From contig NC_087252.1 of NCBI RefSeq assembly GCF_037042905.1, positions 9,488,001 through 9,552,000 of the forward strand: a stretch of 64,000 bases of DNA, written 5' to 3'. The stretch's first letter is position 1, and each line of letters opens with the position of its first letter. This document shows, one piece after another, positions 24,884 to 38,000 of the stretch. The notes below the pieces were generated by a model. It did not search any database. It was not told the DNA's origin and saw only the letters and a program-made list of their open reading frames with translations. Origin of the DNA: Lytechinus pictus. Its lineage: Eukaryota. The position numbers were made by a program, and so were the translations under genes.

Positions 24884-26351
24884 CTGATCTAATTCTTTTT
24901 TTTTTTTTAAGCTGCATTGTGCACAGAACAACAAAAAAGAATGGTGATAGGAAGGGAATGTTTTATACTTATACCATCACACACATAATTATATCCTAAA
25001 TGTACCATTATATGGCCACGTATAATACAACCACTTACATGTACCGTCTAACTGCCTATTCTCATTTCAAGACTAGATCCTATTGCAACGTACTTAGTAC
25101 TTGTTTTCTTCTCATTCTTCATTTTTATCCCCACTTATTTATTTTATTACATTTTCATTCATTCATTTTATTTTTATTTAATATCTACCTATTTATTTAT
25201 TTGTTTACCTATTTATATTTTCTAAAACTTTTATTTCGTTTTACTTATTCATTAAAAATTTTTTTTTTTTTTGGGGGGGAGGGACCTCAAATTATTGGCT
25301 TGCATACAACTACATGTAGCATGCAAGTTGCCCGCTGTACACAGGATATACTTATGAAATCAATGGGCCGAGGGTGGGTGGAGTGGTACATGGAGGTTAC
25401 CTAAAATTAGTTTTTACAAAAATAGCATGCACGTACCCCAAAATAGAATTATGCATGAATAAGGTACCCTTCATAATGCATTTAGATTCAAAACTTATTC
25501 AGTTTACATCTGTACATAAGAAATCATTTCATTTCACATGATTGCCATAAATTAAGCAAAGTTTTGAAGTATAGATAACAGTGTCAAATTTCTTCTATGA
25601 TGGTACAGAATTTCAGTAACAGAGATATTTTGTAACTTGGCTTTGCCTTTATCAAATTACATGTACATTCTGTTGCCCAACATTGAAAATATAATTCAAA
25701 TATTTATAACAAAATTCAGTTTGAACAAGTCTGATTGGAACGCTTATCTGCTCAGGCACAAATACCCAACAGTTTTTTTTTTAGCCTCACAAAAGAGATA
25801 TTTATTCAAAGCGATTTTACTCACATGAGCTGCAGAATTAGAAGGGGGTGAGAACTACACACAAAATCTCATTCTAAATGAGAACTGAATCCATATATTA
25901 TCTGTTACTAAAAAAAAAAAGCAGCATGAAAGTTGAATTACCGACTCATAACAAAAATCCTATTTCGAACTATTATTTTGTTGTGTCGGTGCAAGAATGC
26001 CCTTAGTAAAACGTTTTGGCGCACCACATTTGCGCAGAAAAGCCTTTACGCAATGTCCTTATGCATGCTTGCTAAGGGCCTTTTTTCGCGTCCTTTCAAA
26101 AAGTGCATGCGATGCGAATATCAAGTATGGTGTTATGGGCATTCTTGCACCAACACAACAATTTATGGCACCAAAATATTTCACATCCTTTCAAAATTCA
26201 TAAGCACCTGAAAGACTTTTCAACCTAGTACTAAACTATGCATAATAATCACTCATTCATTCCTATGAAAATATAGGGATTTGAAAGTAAAATAATGAAG
26301 AGATGAGAAAAATATTGAATACACTGTAGTAGTAAAAACTATGTATCTTAA

Positions 26352-26931
26352 AGGAGAATGAAACCCTTGAAACCAGCTGAATCCATATCAAAGAGAAAAA
26401 TCAAAGAAACATATTGTTGAAAGTTTGAGGAAGATTGAATGAATAATAAGAAATTTATGAGCATTTTAATATTGAGATCACTAATGCCATGTAGATCCTC
26501 CCATTGACAATGCGACCAAGATCTGTGATGTCACACACATACAACTCCCTCATTACTTTAGTACTTATTTCACTTATATTCTCACTTTTATAGAGTCTAT
26601 CACAAGGTGAGGTGTTCTCTTTATGAGAGGACAAGTACAGAGGTTTCACAACATATATATTGATGAATCATTTGTCATATGATTAGAATAAGCAAAAAGA
26701 TGTTTTGGGGTATATTTTCAGTGTCCAAAAGGGGAGAGTTGTTCATCTGTGACATCATAGATCTTGGTCGCATTGCCAACAGGAGGATCTCCATAGCATT
26801 AGTGATCTCGACATTCAAATGCTCATAACTCTTCTATTGCTAGTCCTATTTTACTCAAACTTTTGTTGATCTTATTCTTTGATTTTTCTGCTTTCACAAA
26901 AGCTAACTTGTTCAAAGAGCTTCATTCTCCT
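26352..26931 (-). mobile_element. Kolobok-like MITE family A, copy 2 (inverted)
   Basis: Reverse complement of 42084-42667; left flank TTAA, right flank TTTA. Confidence 0.85.
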
Positions 26932-28694
26932 TTTATTCTAGTACGATGGCACAGACCTTTTTAAAAGCACCATCAAAAGACACGTCCCCCCCCCAAAAAA
27001 AAAAAAAAAAAAAAAAAAATACAATAAATAAATATACAAATAATAATAAATAAACAAAATAAATGAATAAAAATAAAATAAAATAAAACAACCCTGCACC
27101 CTTATCTGGACTTATAATAATAATAATAACGGTATATTTACCCAGTTTGTTTTGTAGTCTTATAAGATATACTCAGTACAATGATGACTAGTTAATTTCT
27201 AATATATACAACATTCAAACCTCGATACTGTCAAGATAAGATGTTGCTAGAATCCTTCCAGGCAATTCTTATATTCATTAGAGATCAAATGACCATCACA
27301 TTTCAACAGAAATTACAGTACACTTAAGTTTGTTGGAAGGTTTTTTCATGGTGACTGGTGGACACCATTTTTCTTCATGTGACACTTGCTCCAGTCTTAA
27401 TATTTCAGAGGGCATAGGGTTAAAGCAGCGCGCGACACTGGCACCGGTCTGACGGTCCCGGACCGGTAAAAATTGCTGCCGGGCCAGTAAGTATTCAGAA
27501 TAGCCAGATTTACTGGTCTGATATAACCAGTAAAAAGTATATGAAACTGATAGAAATGATATTTTCTCCTCTTTTGTAAATTATAAAAATGACTCTAGCA
27601 TCTTAAAAAAGGCTCTTATGAATTATGTTCCGTGCACTGTTTGTTTGTGCGTTTTTTGTTTTTTTTGGGGGGGCAATGAGAGCAATAAAAGACAGCAAAA
27701 TAAACTAAAGTCTTGTTTTATTGCTTTTCTTTACATTTTGGGGACCAGTATATTTTAGGTTTGGACCATTTAAAAATGGAAAAACTACTGGTCCGACCTG
27801 AACAGGTTGGACTAGTCGAAAAAAGGGTTAGTGTGGAGGATTGTAATATAGTTTTGATTCAGAATAGTGTGAAGATAAGGATTAGGGTTTAATTAGTTTT
27901 GGAGGTTAGGTTTTTATGTTTGGCTTAGCGTGCAGATTTTTCATCAGAGCGACTGTCGCCGGAGCAAATGTCGTGGGACCGTTGACTATGCTAATGTACA
28001 TGGGCCTATGGCCGGAGATTGACTTCATTTTGAGTTTGAAACCTCTTCATTTGATGATGACGAAAATGAATGAAGTTTTTAAAGGCAACTTGACAAAGGT
28101 CCAAGTCATTACTACTGCAGAAAACAGTAGACCTTGAGCGCATTAATTGGTACCACAAAATATACATCATAGGTCAATAAAATGTGTCCTGGCACCCCAC
28201 AACCGACAATAGGACGTCCAAAATGATTAATTTCAGAAATTTTTTATTAGAATTTAAAAAGTACATCCAAAGATTTAAAATGACAAATAACTTGTCAAAA
28301 TTAATCAAAAACAATCCTCAAAACTGCTTGAGTGAATGTAAAAGTTATTCAGTGAGATCTTTAAAGAATAACAAGAAAACAATGTGGATTTGCTGATGCA
28401 GGAGATAAGCATACCGTACAAATCTCTGATCACAAAAATTTCCAAGCAGTCCGGAAGAAAAAAAATGGTGTCAGATAAACTTTTATCTAATTTTTTTTAA
28501 TCTAACTTTATTTGAACTTCAAAGTTTGACAGCAGAAAAAAGAAGAATGACTCTTTTGATCGGCTAATTTATTTCACTTTTACTCTCTGAAGACCAAACT
28601 ACTATTATGACTATTTACAGAGGATCTTGCCTGGTGACGTATTGTTGCTTTCGAGGTGGCCGCCCACACACAGCCATAGAGTTGGAATTAATCA

Positions 28695-28966
28695 GGGCCC
28701 TATCTTACAAAGAGTTACGATTGATCCAATCAATCTTAACTCTATGGAAATCCATCAGTTTCATAATTTTGTCCACAGGAAATTCGCAAAAAGTCCTTTG
28801 TAAACAAAGGAGAACACACCAAATTGTCAAGAAATCAATGAATTTATGGATATACATTCATATCTATAATTTTTTTTGAACAAATATGTATTTTATATAT
28901 TGACTTTGCTGGCTTTCCGTAATTGCGATTGATCGGATCAATTGCAACTTTTTGTAAGACAGGCCC
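28695..28966. mobile_element. Harbinger-like MITE family B immediately after the GH35 stop codon
   Basis: GGGCCCTATCTTACAAAGAGTTACGATTGATCC...GGATCAATTGCAACTTTTTGTAAGACAGGCCCC; ends about 15 bp from the TAG at 28982. Confidence 0.7.
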
Positions 28967-28981
28967 CTTGTAATTTAGGGG

Positions 28982-29095
28982 CTAGAGCATAGGTTCTATA
29001 TCATCCTCATTGTTTATCTGTTGTTCTTCACCTAAGTCTGCCTTATCATCAAAGCGTATCGTCCCGTCTGCTTTATGAAGCTCAAACATGATGAT
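28982..29095 (-). CDS. GLB1L2: GH35 exon 17 (IIMFELH...EPML stop)
   Basis: tttag acceptor; TAG at 28984-28982. Confidence 0.9.
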   Translation of the reverse strand: MIMFELHKADGTIRFDDKADLGEEQQINNEDDIEPML

Positions 29096-32000
29096 CTAAA
29101 TGAGGAGGAAGAGGAGAAAAAAACAACAGTAAAAATTAATGTCCAGTTTGTATTTCCTTATAAAAAATGAAAACAAAAAATTCCTACAGCAAAATAAGCA
29201 CACATGCAAAATCAAATTTGCTTTTGCTTTTAATATGAAGCTGAAATATTAAAATCCGCATGAAGAAAAAGACACACACAAAAAAAAAAACAATTATATG
29301 TAATGTCCAGTGTGTTTATTAACACTAAACCTATAGAATTCTAATATGATTTATAAAACACTCATATAATTAATTTTTGTTTTCTTTATAGTGGTCATAT
29401 GATATTACCTGTGTTAGAATTCGAAAGTGAAAGACATAAACAAAGAAGGTAAAAATGAAGAATGTCTAGTTTGTTTTGTTTCACTAAAATGGCAAAATAT
29501 AATTTATACGGCATGCATAATAATCACGTTTGCCTTTCCTTCATGACACTCATATATTGTGGTGGAGGAAGAGAAGGTGGGGGGGGGGGGATTAGCGGGG
29601 TGGAATTAACGACAAATTTCATACATGAACCAAAACTTGCTTTTAGAAATATAATTTAAAGTATTAAATCATTCAATATCAAGCTCCCTGCCCCCGATGC
29701 GGATCCAGCCAGGCTTGGACACAATCACCATTTCAGAGGCCATATTATTTTTGCACGATAGTAGGCCTCTCAAAACTATTGTCTCAAATTCACTACCCCC
29801 CCCCCCCCCGGAAAAACAATGCTTTGTCGCGATCACAATGAAGGAGTTCTTACCTCATTCTTTCCCTGTCTTAGCAATGGTCCTGGTAGATAATAATTCT
29901 TCTGAGGGCCAACGTTCCAGTAACGACCAAGATTGAAACCGTTGATGAAAATGACTCCCTTCTCCCAACCCTAGGTAGACCAAAAATTAGTATAGGAAGA
30001 AAAAAAAAGCAAGCTAGAATTTTTTTTAAAGTCCGCACATTGGTATTCGTAATACACATAGCATTTTCGTTTATTTGATGTACGATAAAACAGCAATGGG
30101 GATAAAATGCCTCGCTCAAGGGCATAAGTGCCATGCCGGGAATCAAACTCCCGATCCTTGGATCTGCAATCAAGTGCCGCGCCTTGGACCACTCGGCCGC
30201 GGCACCTCCTAAGCTAGACGTTGCATTCTTCAGTTGAAGGAAAAATCTACCTGTGCATCAAGCATATGTTTTGATAGGGGCAGACAAATGAGAGTCCACC
30301 TTGTCTCGATATACTGTATAAAGCTTTCATCATAATGGCAATGTATACACATAGATGTACTTTAATGGTAAAATAAATATCATGATTTACGTTTATTTCT
30401 TCAAAGTACAAGAACATAATATTGTGGTATTAAAATTTATGTGATAATATCTGTATCATATGGTGACTTGCTCTCTTTCATAATTTTGTGATTTTGTATG
30501 CTAACATTTTCTTTATCCCCCCCCCCCCTCTTTATCTAACTGCGCCAAGAGTGTCACCTTAGATAGACATGGTGCATTATAAAATAATGTACTCTAAATA
30601 TTCATTTTTATCACATACATCTATACATGTATTAAATAAAAACAGTCAGGGCACTTAATGGTGATTTTGTTATCTTATGTATGACCTACTACCTTACACA
30701 TTATGTGAATTAAACTATGCAAAGTGCCATTACTCAGAAAATGGTTAATACCCAAATGAGCATACAATATATCATCAGACACATTATCATCAAAGCTGCC
30801 AACCTGTAGCCTGTTGCATAAAACTTTTTACCTGAGAAAACTCTGGTAAAAACTGAAAACTAAGGTAAGTCTGATTTCTGCCATTGACTTTAACACAGGG
30901 CAAAAACTCAGCAAAAAAATACCTGAGTTTTCTCAGGTAAAAAGTTTTATGCAACAGGCCCCTGAATGAGAACATTTTATTATTCTAAAGGCTGAAAATC
31001 AGAATTTGGGTGAGAAAATCAGCATTTCCAAAGAAACACCAATATATAGATAACTCATAAAACTGAAACTTGGAATTTAGAAATCAGTATTTTGCATAGA
31101 ACCATCAGTATTCTTCTCATTTTTCAGTACTCCTTGGCAGTTCTGTATCCTGATCTACAAAGTAAGATCCCTGTCACAGTTCTATTGTAGAATCAATCAT
31201 CACTACAACTTACCTTCATATTTACAAAAGTGTCTTTGGGTTTGCTATCCTGAATTTCTAACGTTGCTCTATAGAGGGCTGGCTGCTTCTCACGCCCTTC
31301 GAATGCACTCCATTTCTTCGAAGTTGAAACACTGTCAAAGTGAAAGGAAAGAAGAGACTGTGATGCTTGATAGGATTTCAAAGTTTACATCGATTTTTAA
31401 AACAGTGGCATGCATTAGGTCTAGAATATTGTTATTACCACTCATTGTTTAATTGAAGCAAAGTCTTTACAAAGAGAAATGGAGTTGTGGGGAAGGATAA
31501 AATAACCATTGTTTCATACACTTCATTTGACTTTATAACATACACTTCATGTGACATATAAAGCGCCAAATCCACTCTGTAGGGTGCTCAGGGCGCATAA
31601 AAGAAATTAAGAAGTAAAAAGAAAGGTTTTAACCCTATCTAGGCCGGGGGTATTTTTGGACTCGGAGTTCATATGGCCGGGGGGGGGGGGCCTCCCAGCC
31701 CCCCCCCCCCCTTGAGATCTCGGCCATCGACCGCGCAATCGCTGATTTGTGCATACAACTGTTTGGGGAGAAATAAGCAAAACTTAAAAATGTCATAACC
31801 TTCTTATTTTACATCAGATTTTGATGAAATTTTCAGCATTATGCTTCTTTGATTTTTCTATATTCATTCGAATCAACATTTTTCTGGGGGTGGACTTGAC
31901 CTTTAAGAACATTTTGGGAGGACTCTACAGAGTTATAATTTTTGATGTCTTCAGGAAGTCTGGTCTTCCTTTTAGGAAGAATATGAGAAAAAATTGGTCA

Positions 32001-35000
32001 ACTGCAAGGATTGTTTTGCCAATCTTACCATGATATTCTTCCTTAATAAAATTTAAAAAGACTTACAAAGCTCAGAGCAAATTTTTCACCATTCCCCAAA
32101 GAGTAGCCCTTTAGTGAATTCCTTGGGGAAGAGGGGGAAGGAAAATAAAAACATGGCAAACATCGCTAATGTACTTTTACCAAACAATTAAAAAAATCTT
32201 GAAATGAAAATGAATTTTCAGGATACTTACGCTTCCATGAAGTGTTTTGTAAACTCCAACGGATACATCTCCCATTTTACTTGCTTTTTGTCATTGATCA
32301 TTACATCCCCTAACAGACCTGAAACAGGGAGGCAAAAGAAACTGATCATGAGAGAATTCTGTCTTCAAAATAGTACTTTTCCTTCTGAAAGCCTTTCATG
32401 AGGAATGTGATCTCCAACATCATCATTACAAGATGGTATTCTTCATCTTGTCTCGTGCCTTCATTATTAGACTCGTTGAAAGTAAATGTGCAACGATCAA
32501 ACAACATACAGGGTTCCCACAGATATTTGAAAACAGAATTCCGTGACTTTTCCATGACTAAATTGCTGCTTTCCATGACTTCCTGTGACGTCCCGAGAGT
32601 TAAGTAGAATTTGGGATGTCACAAAACTGGGAAAAATGGAAATCATGAACACCACTTATAATAGCAGTGTATGATCAAAAAGTATGAGAGTTGCGAGATA
32701 TGACAAACTGGAAAGCTGCCATAGCCAAGAGGTAAATGCAATTCCACGACTTTTCACAAATTTTCCAAATTCCCTGACTTTCCATGACCACAATTTTTTC
32801 CAGGATTTTCCATGACTGTGGGAACCCTGAACATATCACTTATTAAGAATCAGAAGAGATAAAAAGAAGAGCGAATGAAAGCAAAAGAGGAAGAATGAAG
32901 GACAAGAAAAGGAACTAGATTTTAATTCGTGGTCTGTCCTTATTCTCGCCATCATGATCACTATCACCATGTTCATGCAGATCAATATGATCATCATGAT
33001 GACAACTGAATGTTCATTATGGATAGAATACTTGTGAAAGATGGGAGATGATAAAGCACTGTGAAAAAGGTCTCTTTAATATATGACAATACATGTGATA
33101 TGAAAAAAAGTAATTATAATGTGTTTTATCTTGCTAAATTTTAACTTTTATACCTTTTAATTGTCATAAAGGATCATGTACGAGGTGGTAAAAAGGAAAA
33201 AAAAAATCATCTTGTTCACCCCAGGACTTGAACCTGGGACCCCAAGGACGTAAGTCAAGTGCGTTATCCATTCGGCCACGATATTCCCCATAGAGATTAC
33301 ACGTAAGCAAATTTGAGAATTACAAATCCAATTTTGCAAGCGAAAAACGGGCATGATCCCGGCATCTGATCAAAAAATGGAGGGAACACTTCCGAAAGCT
33401 TAGAATCTCAGCTACAACACATCAGAGGCTCAGAGATAACTGACAAGAAAAAATGGAGATATCGCTCACGAAATAGAGGAATGTAAAATCTAGTTTTGAG
33501 AAATAGTCATGTCCCATAGAGATTACACGCAAAATGAGTAAAAATGACATGCCTTTATTATGTGCAATTTTTCAGGATGATCCGTTTACTGAAATGGAAA
33601 GTAAAGGTAATAACTCAGAAAGAGTAAGACCTAAGCTACATCATATTGAAAATTGGGCAAAAATTGACCAATATTCACAGAGTTAGAGTCAAATTTGCAT
33701 AATTATTATGACGTCATAACAAGCAAAATTGATATTTTGACTTCCGACGCCATTTTGGTGACGTCATGATCAAATTGAGGGACAATGGTGACATGAAATC
33801 AAACTTACAACTCATACTCTATCAATATATGAAAAAAAAATGGGGGTCAACGGAATGTTTAAAGAGCTACAGTGAATTTTCAATAGGCATGTTTTTGCCC
33901 ATATATGGCCTGTAGTGAGAGCTCGCGCGCACACGTGCTGCAAACTTTAACGGATTTTAATTTCGTTATTAATGGTCGTAGAAGGTTGATCAAGGTATGA
34001 AATTGTTCAGAATTATATCATCAATGCAATGATTAAAAAAACTGTGTTTCTGCGTTGCGTTATGGCGTTGAAATGCTTAAAATGACCTGAAACGTACCCA
34101 AAAATTTTTATAGGCCATTTTGAGGATTTTTTTTAGCTTTGACGCGCACGTCATGACCTTTACATGACCTTTGATGACATTAACAGATGACCTTTGACCT
34201 AAAGTTTATGTGATGTAAATATGGTTGATTATTGATGATGACGTTATGTTGATGATCAAATTGAGAATTTTACAAAATGGCGCGTAGATGACGTCATCAT
34301 TATCAGATGACCTTGAAAAGCTTAGTATGCCGTCTCTATGATAGGCTCTATATTTGACAGAAAAATTAGCCAAATTGATTCAGCCAATTCGGAGAAAAGT
34401 TGGCGACAAACATAGGTGCGAAAAATAAATAAATAATAAATAATAAAGAAAATTCTGACGAAATTAAGAGGTGATCTATCATAGACAGAACATCTAAAAA
34501 GAGAGAGGGAAATGAGAGAGAGATAGAGGAAAAATGGGGGGAGGGTGACATGAATATATTTTTTTAATAATCACCCACCTTTTTTCTCGGTCTGGATATC
34601 CTTATCATAGTTGACTCTCCCAAGATTCTCAACCAGAATGTCAAGTACATTGTTGGCATCTTTTCCATTCTGTACAAGACAGAAAAAAAATTGTTTTCAT
34701 AGAGGGCGGTATTCTGATAGCCATGGCTTAGTTAAACCTGGGATTGGTCCCTGGTCAGTATTTTAAACCTAATGCGCGTGTAACATTGATATTGATTTGT
34801 CAGTTCATTTAGCGATTGATCACTAATCTTTGTGTTACGGAGCCCTGGTTTAACTTAAAGCGTACTCCTACAGAGTGCCAGTTATCAAAGAAGTTATTCT
34901 TCAATTAAAAAGCATTCTTTTCCTGCAACAAAAAGTTGTTAAAAAAATGTATTGAATCATGAAATGGGAAGAATATGAACAAAATAAAATGAATTTTCAT

Positions 35001-38000
35001 GAATTAATTGGTATATAACAATTTCCATGAATATGAAAGAATTATTAAGAAGCCCAGCATTCCATAGAACTGGTTTAAAATTCTAGTTCAGACTAGGTCT
35101 TGCCCCTAGGGCTAATTAGCAGAATACCAACAACAAAAAATGTTTCTTCTTCCATCCCATCATACAAAATACACAGTTCCTCTCAGGTCTGTACATGTAG
35201 CTCCAATTCAATGCAGTGTCAGCTGCCTGGGTTAATAATTGAAAAGTAATTTGCCAAGTCCGGCTCCAGCTGGCTTTGCAACCTCAATCCCCCTTTCAAC
35301 CTAGCTGAATACTGAATGTATCCATTTAACGTCATCAGACTCTGGGAGTGGGGGGGATAAACCCGTTACATAAAAGCTCTTGTGCAACTGTTATGGTCAA
35401 AATAATACCCTCCCCCGGAACTAACAACGGAGAATACCCTTAACACTATTAGATTAATCATCTACGCACTCTTCCTTAGAAAAGCATCAGAAATTTAATC
35501 CATGTATTCTCACCCAGAGAGAGAAAAAAAAATTAAGCAATCATTTAATACCATCATATATTGTTTACAGAAATTTGGCTCAGATCTTCACAATTCAAAC
35601 ACACTAACAATGTGTATTGTGATAAAATAGCATTCAGATTTTTATTTTGAAACTACAAATCTTTCATACAACACTAAAACTCAATTGTAGAGAGAGAGAG
35701 AGAGAGAGAGAGAGAGGCTAATCAATATCTTTAACCAATTACCTACTGGAATCAGATTACCCCTGAACAAAGTCTTTGAGAACCAAAGAAAGGAGTAATG
35801 AACAAGGGAGCATTTCATGACACATTCAGTCAATGATTTTCACAGACACTAATGAAATAAGCTACTGAAATCCTTGCATCTGATTGGCTGAAAGCACATT
35901 AGCCAGTGAAAACCACTGACAAACCTTTAAATGAAACACTCCCCAGGTTAACTTACAGTGAGCTCAAGACTCCGATCCTCCTCTTCCGTCTTCCTCATCA
36001 AAACGCCGACCTCATCTCCATTCAAGAAAACCTATATGCAAACAAAGAAAGGTGATGGAACAAGTTTCCAAGATATGTGAGCCTCTCTCTGTTTTTGCAA
36101 GTATTTCCTAAAAACCTGAAAACTCTGCTTTTTAATCAATAACCTTTTCATGTATTGTCATCTTTGTATGTTCCGAACCACTGTGTAAACCCTGTGAAAC
36201 AATGTTATTTCATATTAAGAGTGATATAAAAAAAACATATTAGTATTATTAAGTGTACATATATATTTGACAAAATATCATGTGGGCTGAATGTCAATTA
36301 GATCAAATTTATCCAAGAACAAGCTGGGTATAATCACAACGTAAACCTCTTCTCCAATTAAAAAGGTATAAACCATGCAATATGATCTTTTGACCCCTAC
36401 ATGACATTTGACCTTTTGACCCTAAGATGGCATTTGACCCCATCAATACACATGTGGTCTTATCCAAGGATCATATGTACCAAGTGTGAACATAACTGAA
36501 GCAGAAAAAGAAATGAGAGCAAGATGACCAAAAACTTGACCTTTTGACCCCTGACCCCATCATCCTTACGAGCACACATGTGGTATTACTCAAGGATCAT
36601 ATGCACCAAGTATGAATATAATTGATGCAGAAATAAAGAAATGAGAATAAGTTGAACAAAAGCTTTAACATTGTTATAACAGACCAACAGACTAATAGAC
36701 CAACAGGAAAAGTGATCTCTAGGTCTCTGCCGAACTTCATTCAGGCGGAACAAAACCCTAGCCCAAACCCCTTGACCCAAATGAACCAGCTCTCTCAATG
36801 GATAGACACATTACCTGAGCTCTATCTCTTGGAGATCTTGACAAGGTCAGTTTGGTCGGTTTGGTATTAACTCTGCTCCTGTAAAGCAGGAATCCAAAAC
36901 TCTGTCCACCCCCGTTGTTGATTGGAAGCTTCTCCATGGCAAGTATGTCATCATTATAAATGGGTTTCTGCATTGTCAAAAAGGGGAAGGGATGAAATGT
37001 GATATTTAATAGTTTAATCTTAAACATTAATTCAGATGTAATCATGTGACTTACACCGGTGTATTCATGTGACATACCCAACTGTAATCATATGACTACC
37101 GGTACTTGATAAATAATAACAAAAGTACTTGTACAGCGCATAGCATATTATGATTGTAATGCCTCTATGCACTCCCAAAGGACTTGGATATTATTACCCT
37201 AGTTTTATCTTGGTGGCCGTAATTACTTAAATGTATGCATTTCAAAGAATCAATTCCTGCCACGGAGTGACAACACAATACAAGGTGCAACCTGGGTTGA
37301 GTGCAGCACAATGTAAATCAATTTCTTACTGAAGAAAATCAAGGCCATGGCTGGGATTTGAACCCACATCCTTCTGTTTCAAAGTCCGAAGACTCTTCCA
37401 CTGGGCCATAACAAGATCATGTGTCTTACCCCAGTGTGATCATGTGACTTACCCAATTAACTCTTTGTGCATTGACGTGTTACTTATCCAAGTGTGATGA
37501 ATGGACTTACCCCACTTTGTGATCATGGGAAATGCCCACCTGTGTGATAAGGTGACTTGACCCACAGTATAATCATGTGACTTACACCACTCTTGAGATA
37601 ATATGACTTAACAAATAGTGTGATCATGTGACTTACCCCACTGTGTGATCATGTGACTTATCCCACCAGGTAATCATGTGACTTACACCACTCTTGAGAT
37701 AATATGACTTAACAAATAGTGTGATCATGTGACTTACCCCACTGTGTGATCATGTGACTTATCCCACCGAGTGATCATGTGACTTATCCCACCGGGTAAT
37801 CATGTGACTTATCCCACTCTTGAGATAATATGACTTAACCAAATAGTGTGATCATGTGACTTATCCAACTGTGTGATCATGTGACTTACCCCACTGTGTG
37901 ATCATGTGACTTATCCCAATGCGTGGTCATGTGACTTACCCCACTGATCTCTAGCAATGCAGCCAGTGACATGGTTTCTTGAACTTTGACTTCCGAGTAT

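Noticed and set aside
37415..37946. CRISPR-like array of short repeats
   Set aside because: Units are contiguous with no unique spacers, there are no cas genes, the context is a eukaryotic intron, and the unit derives from a splice junction
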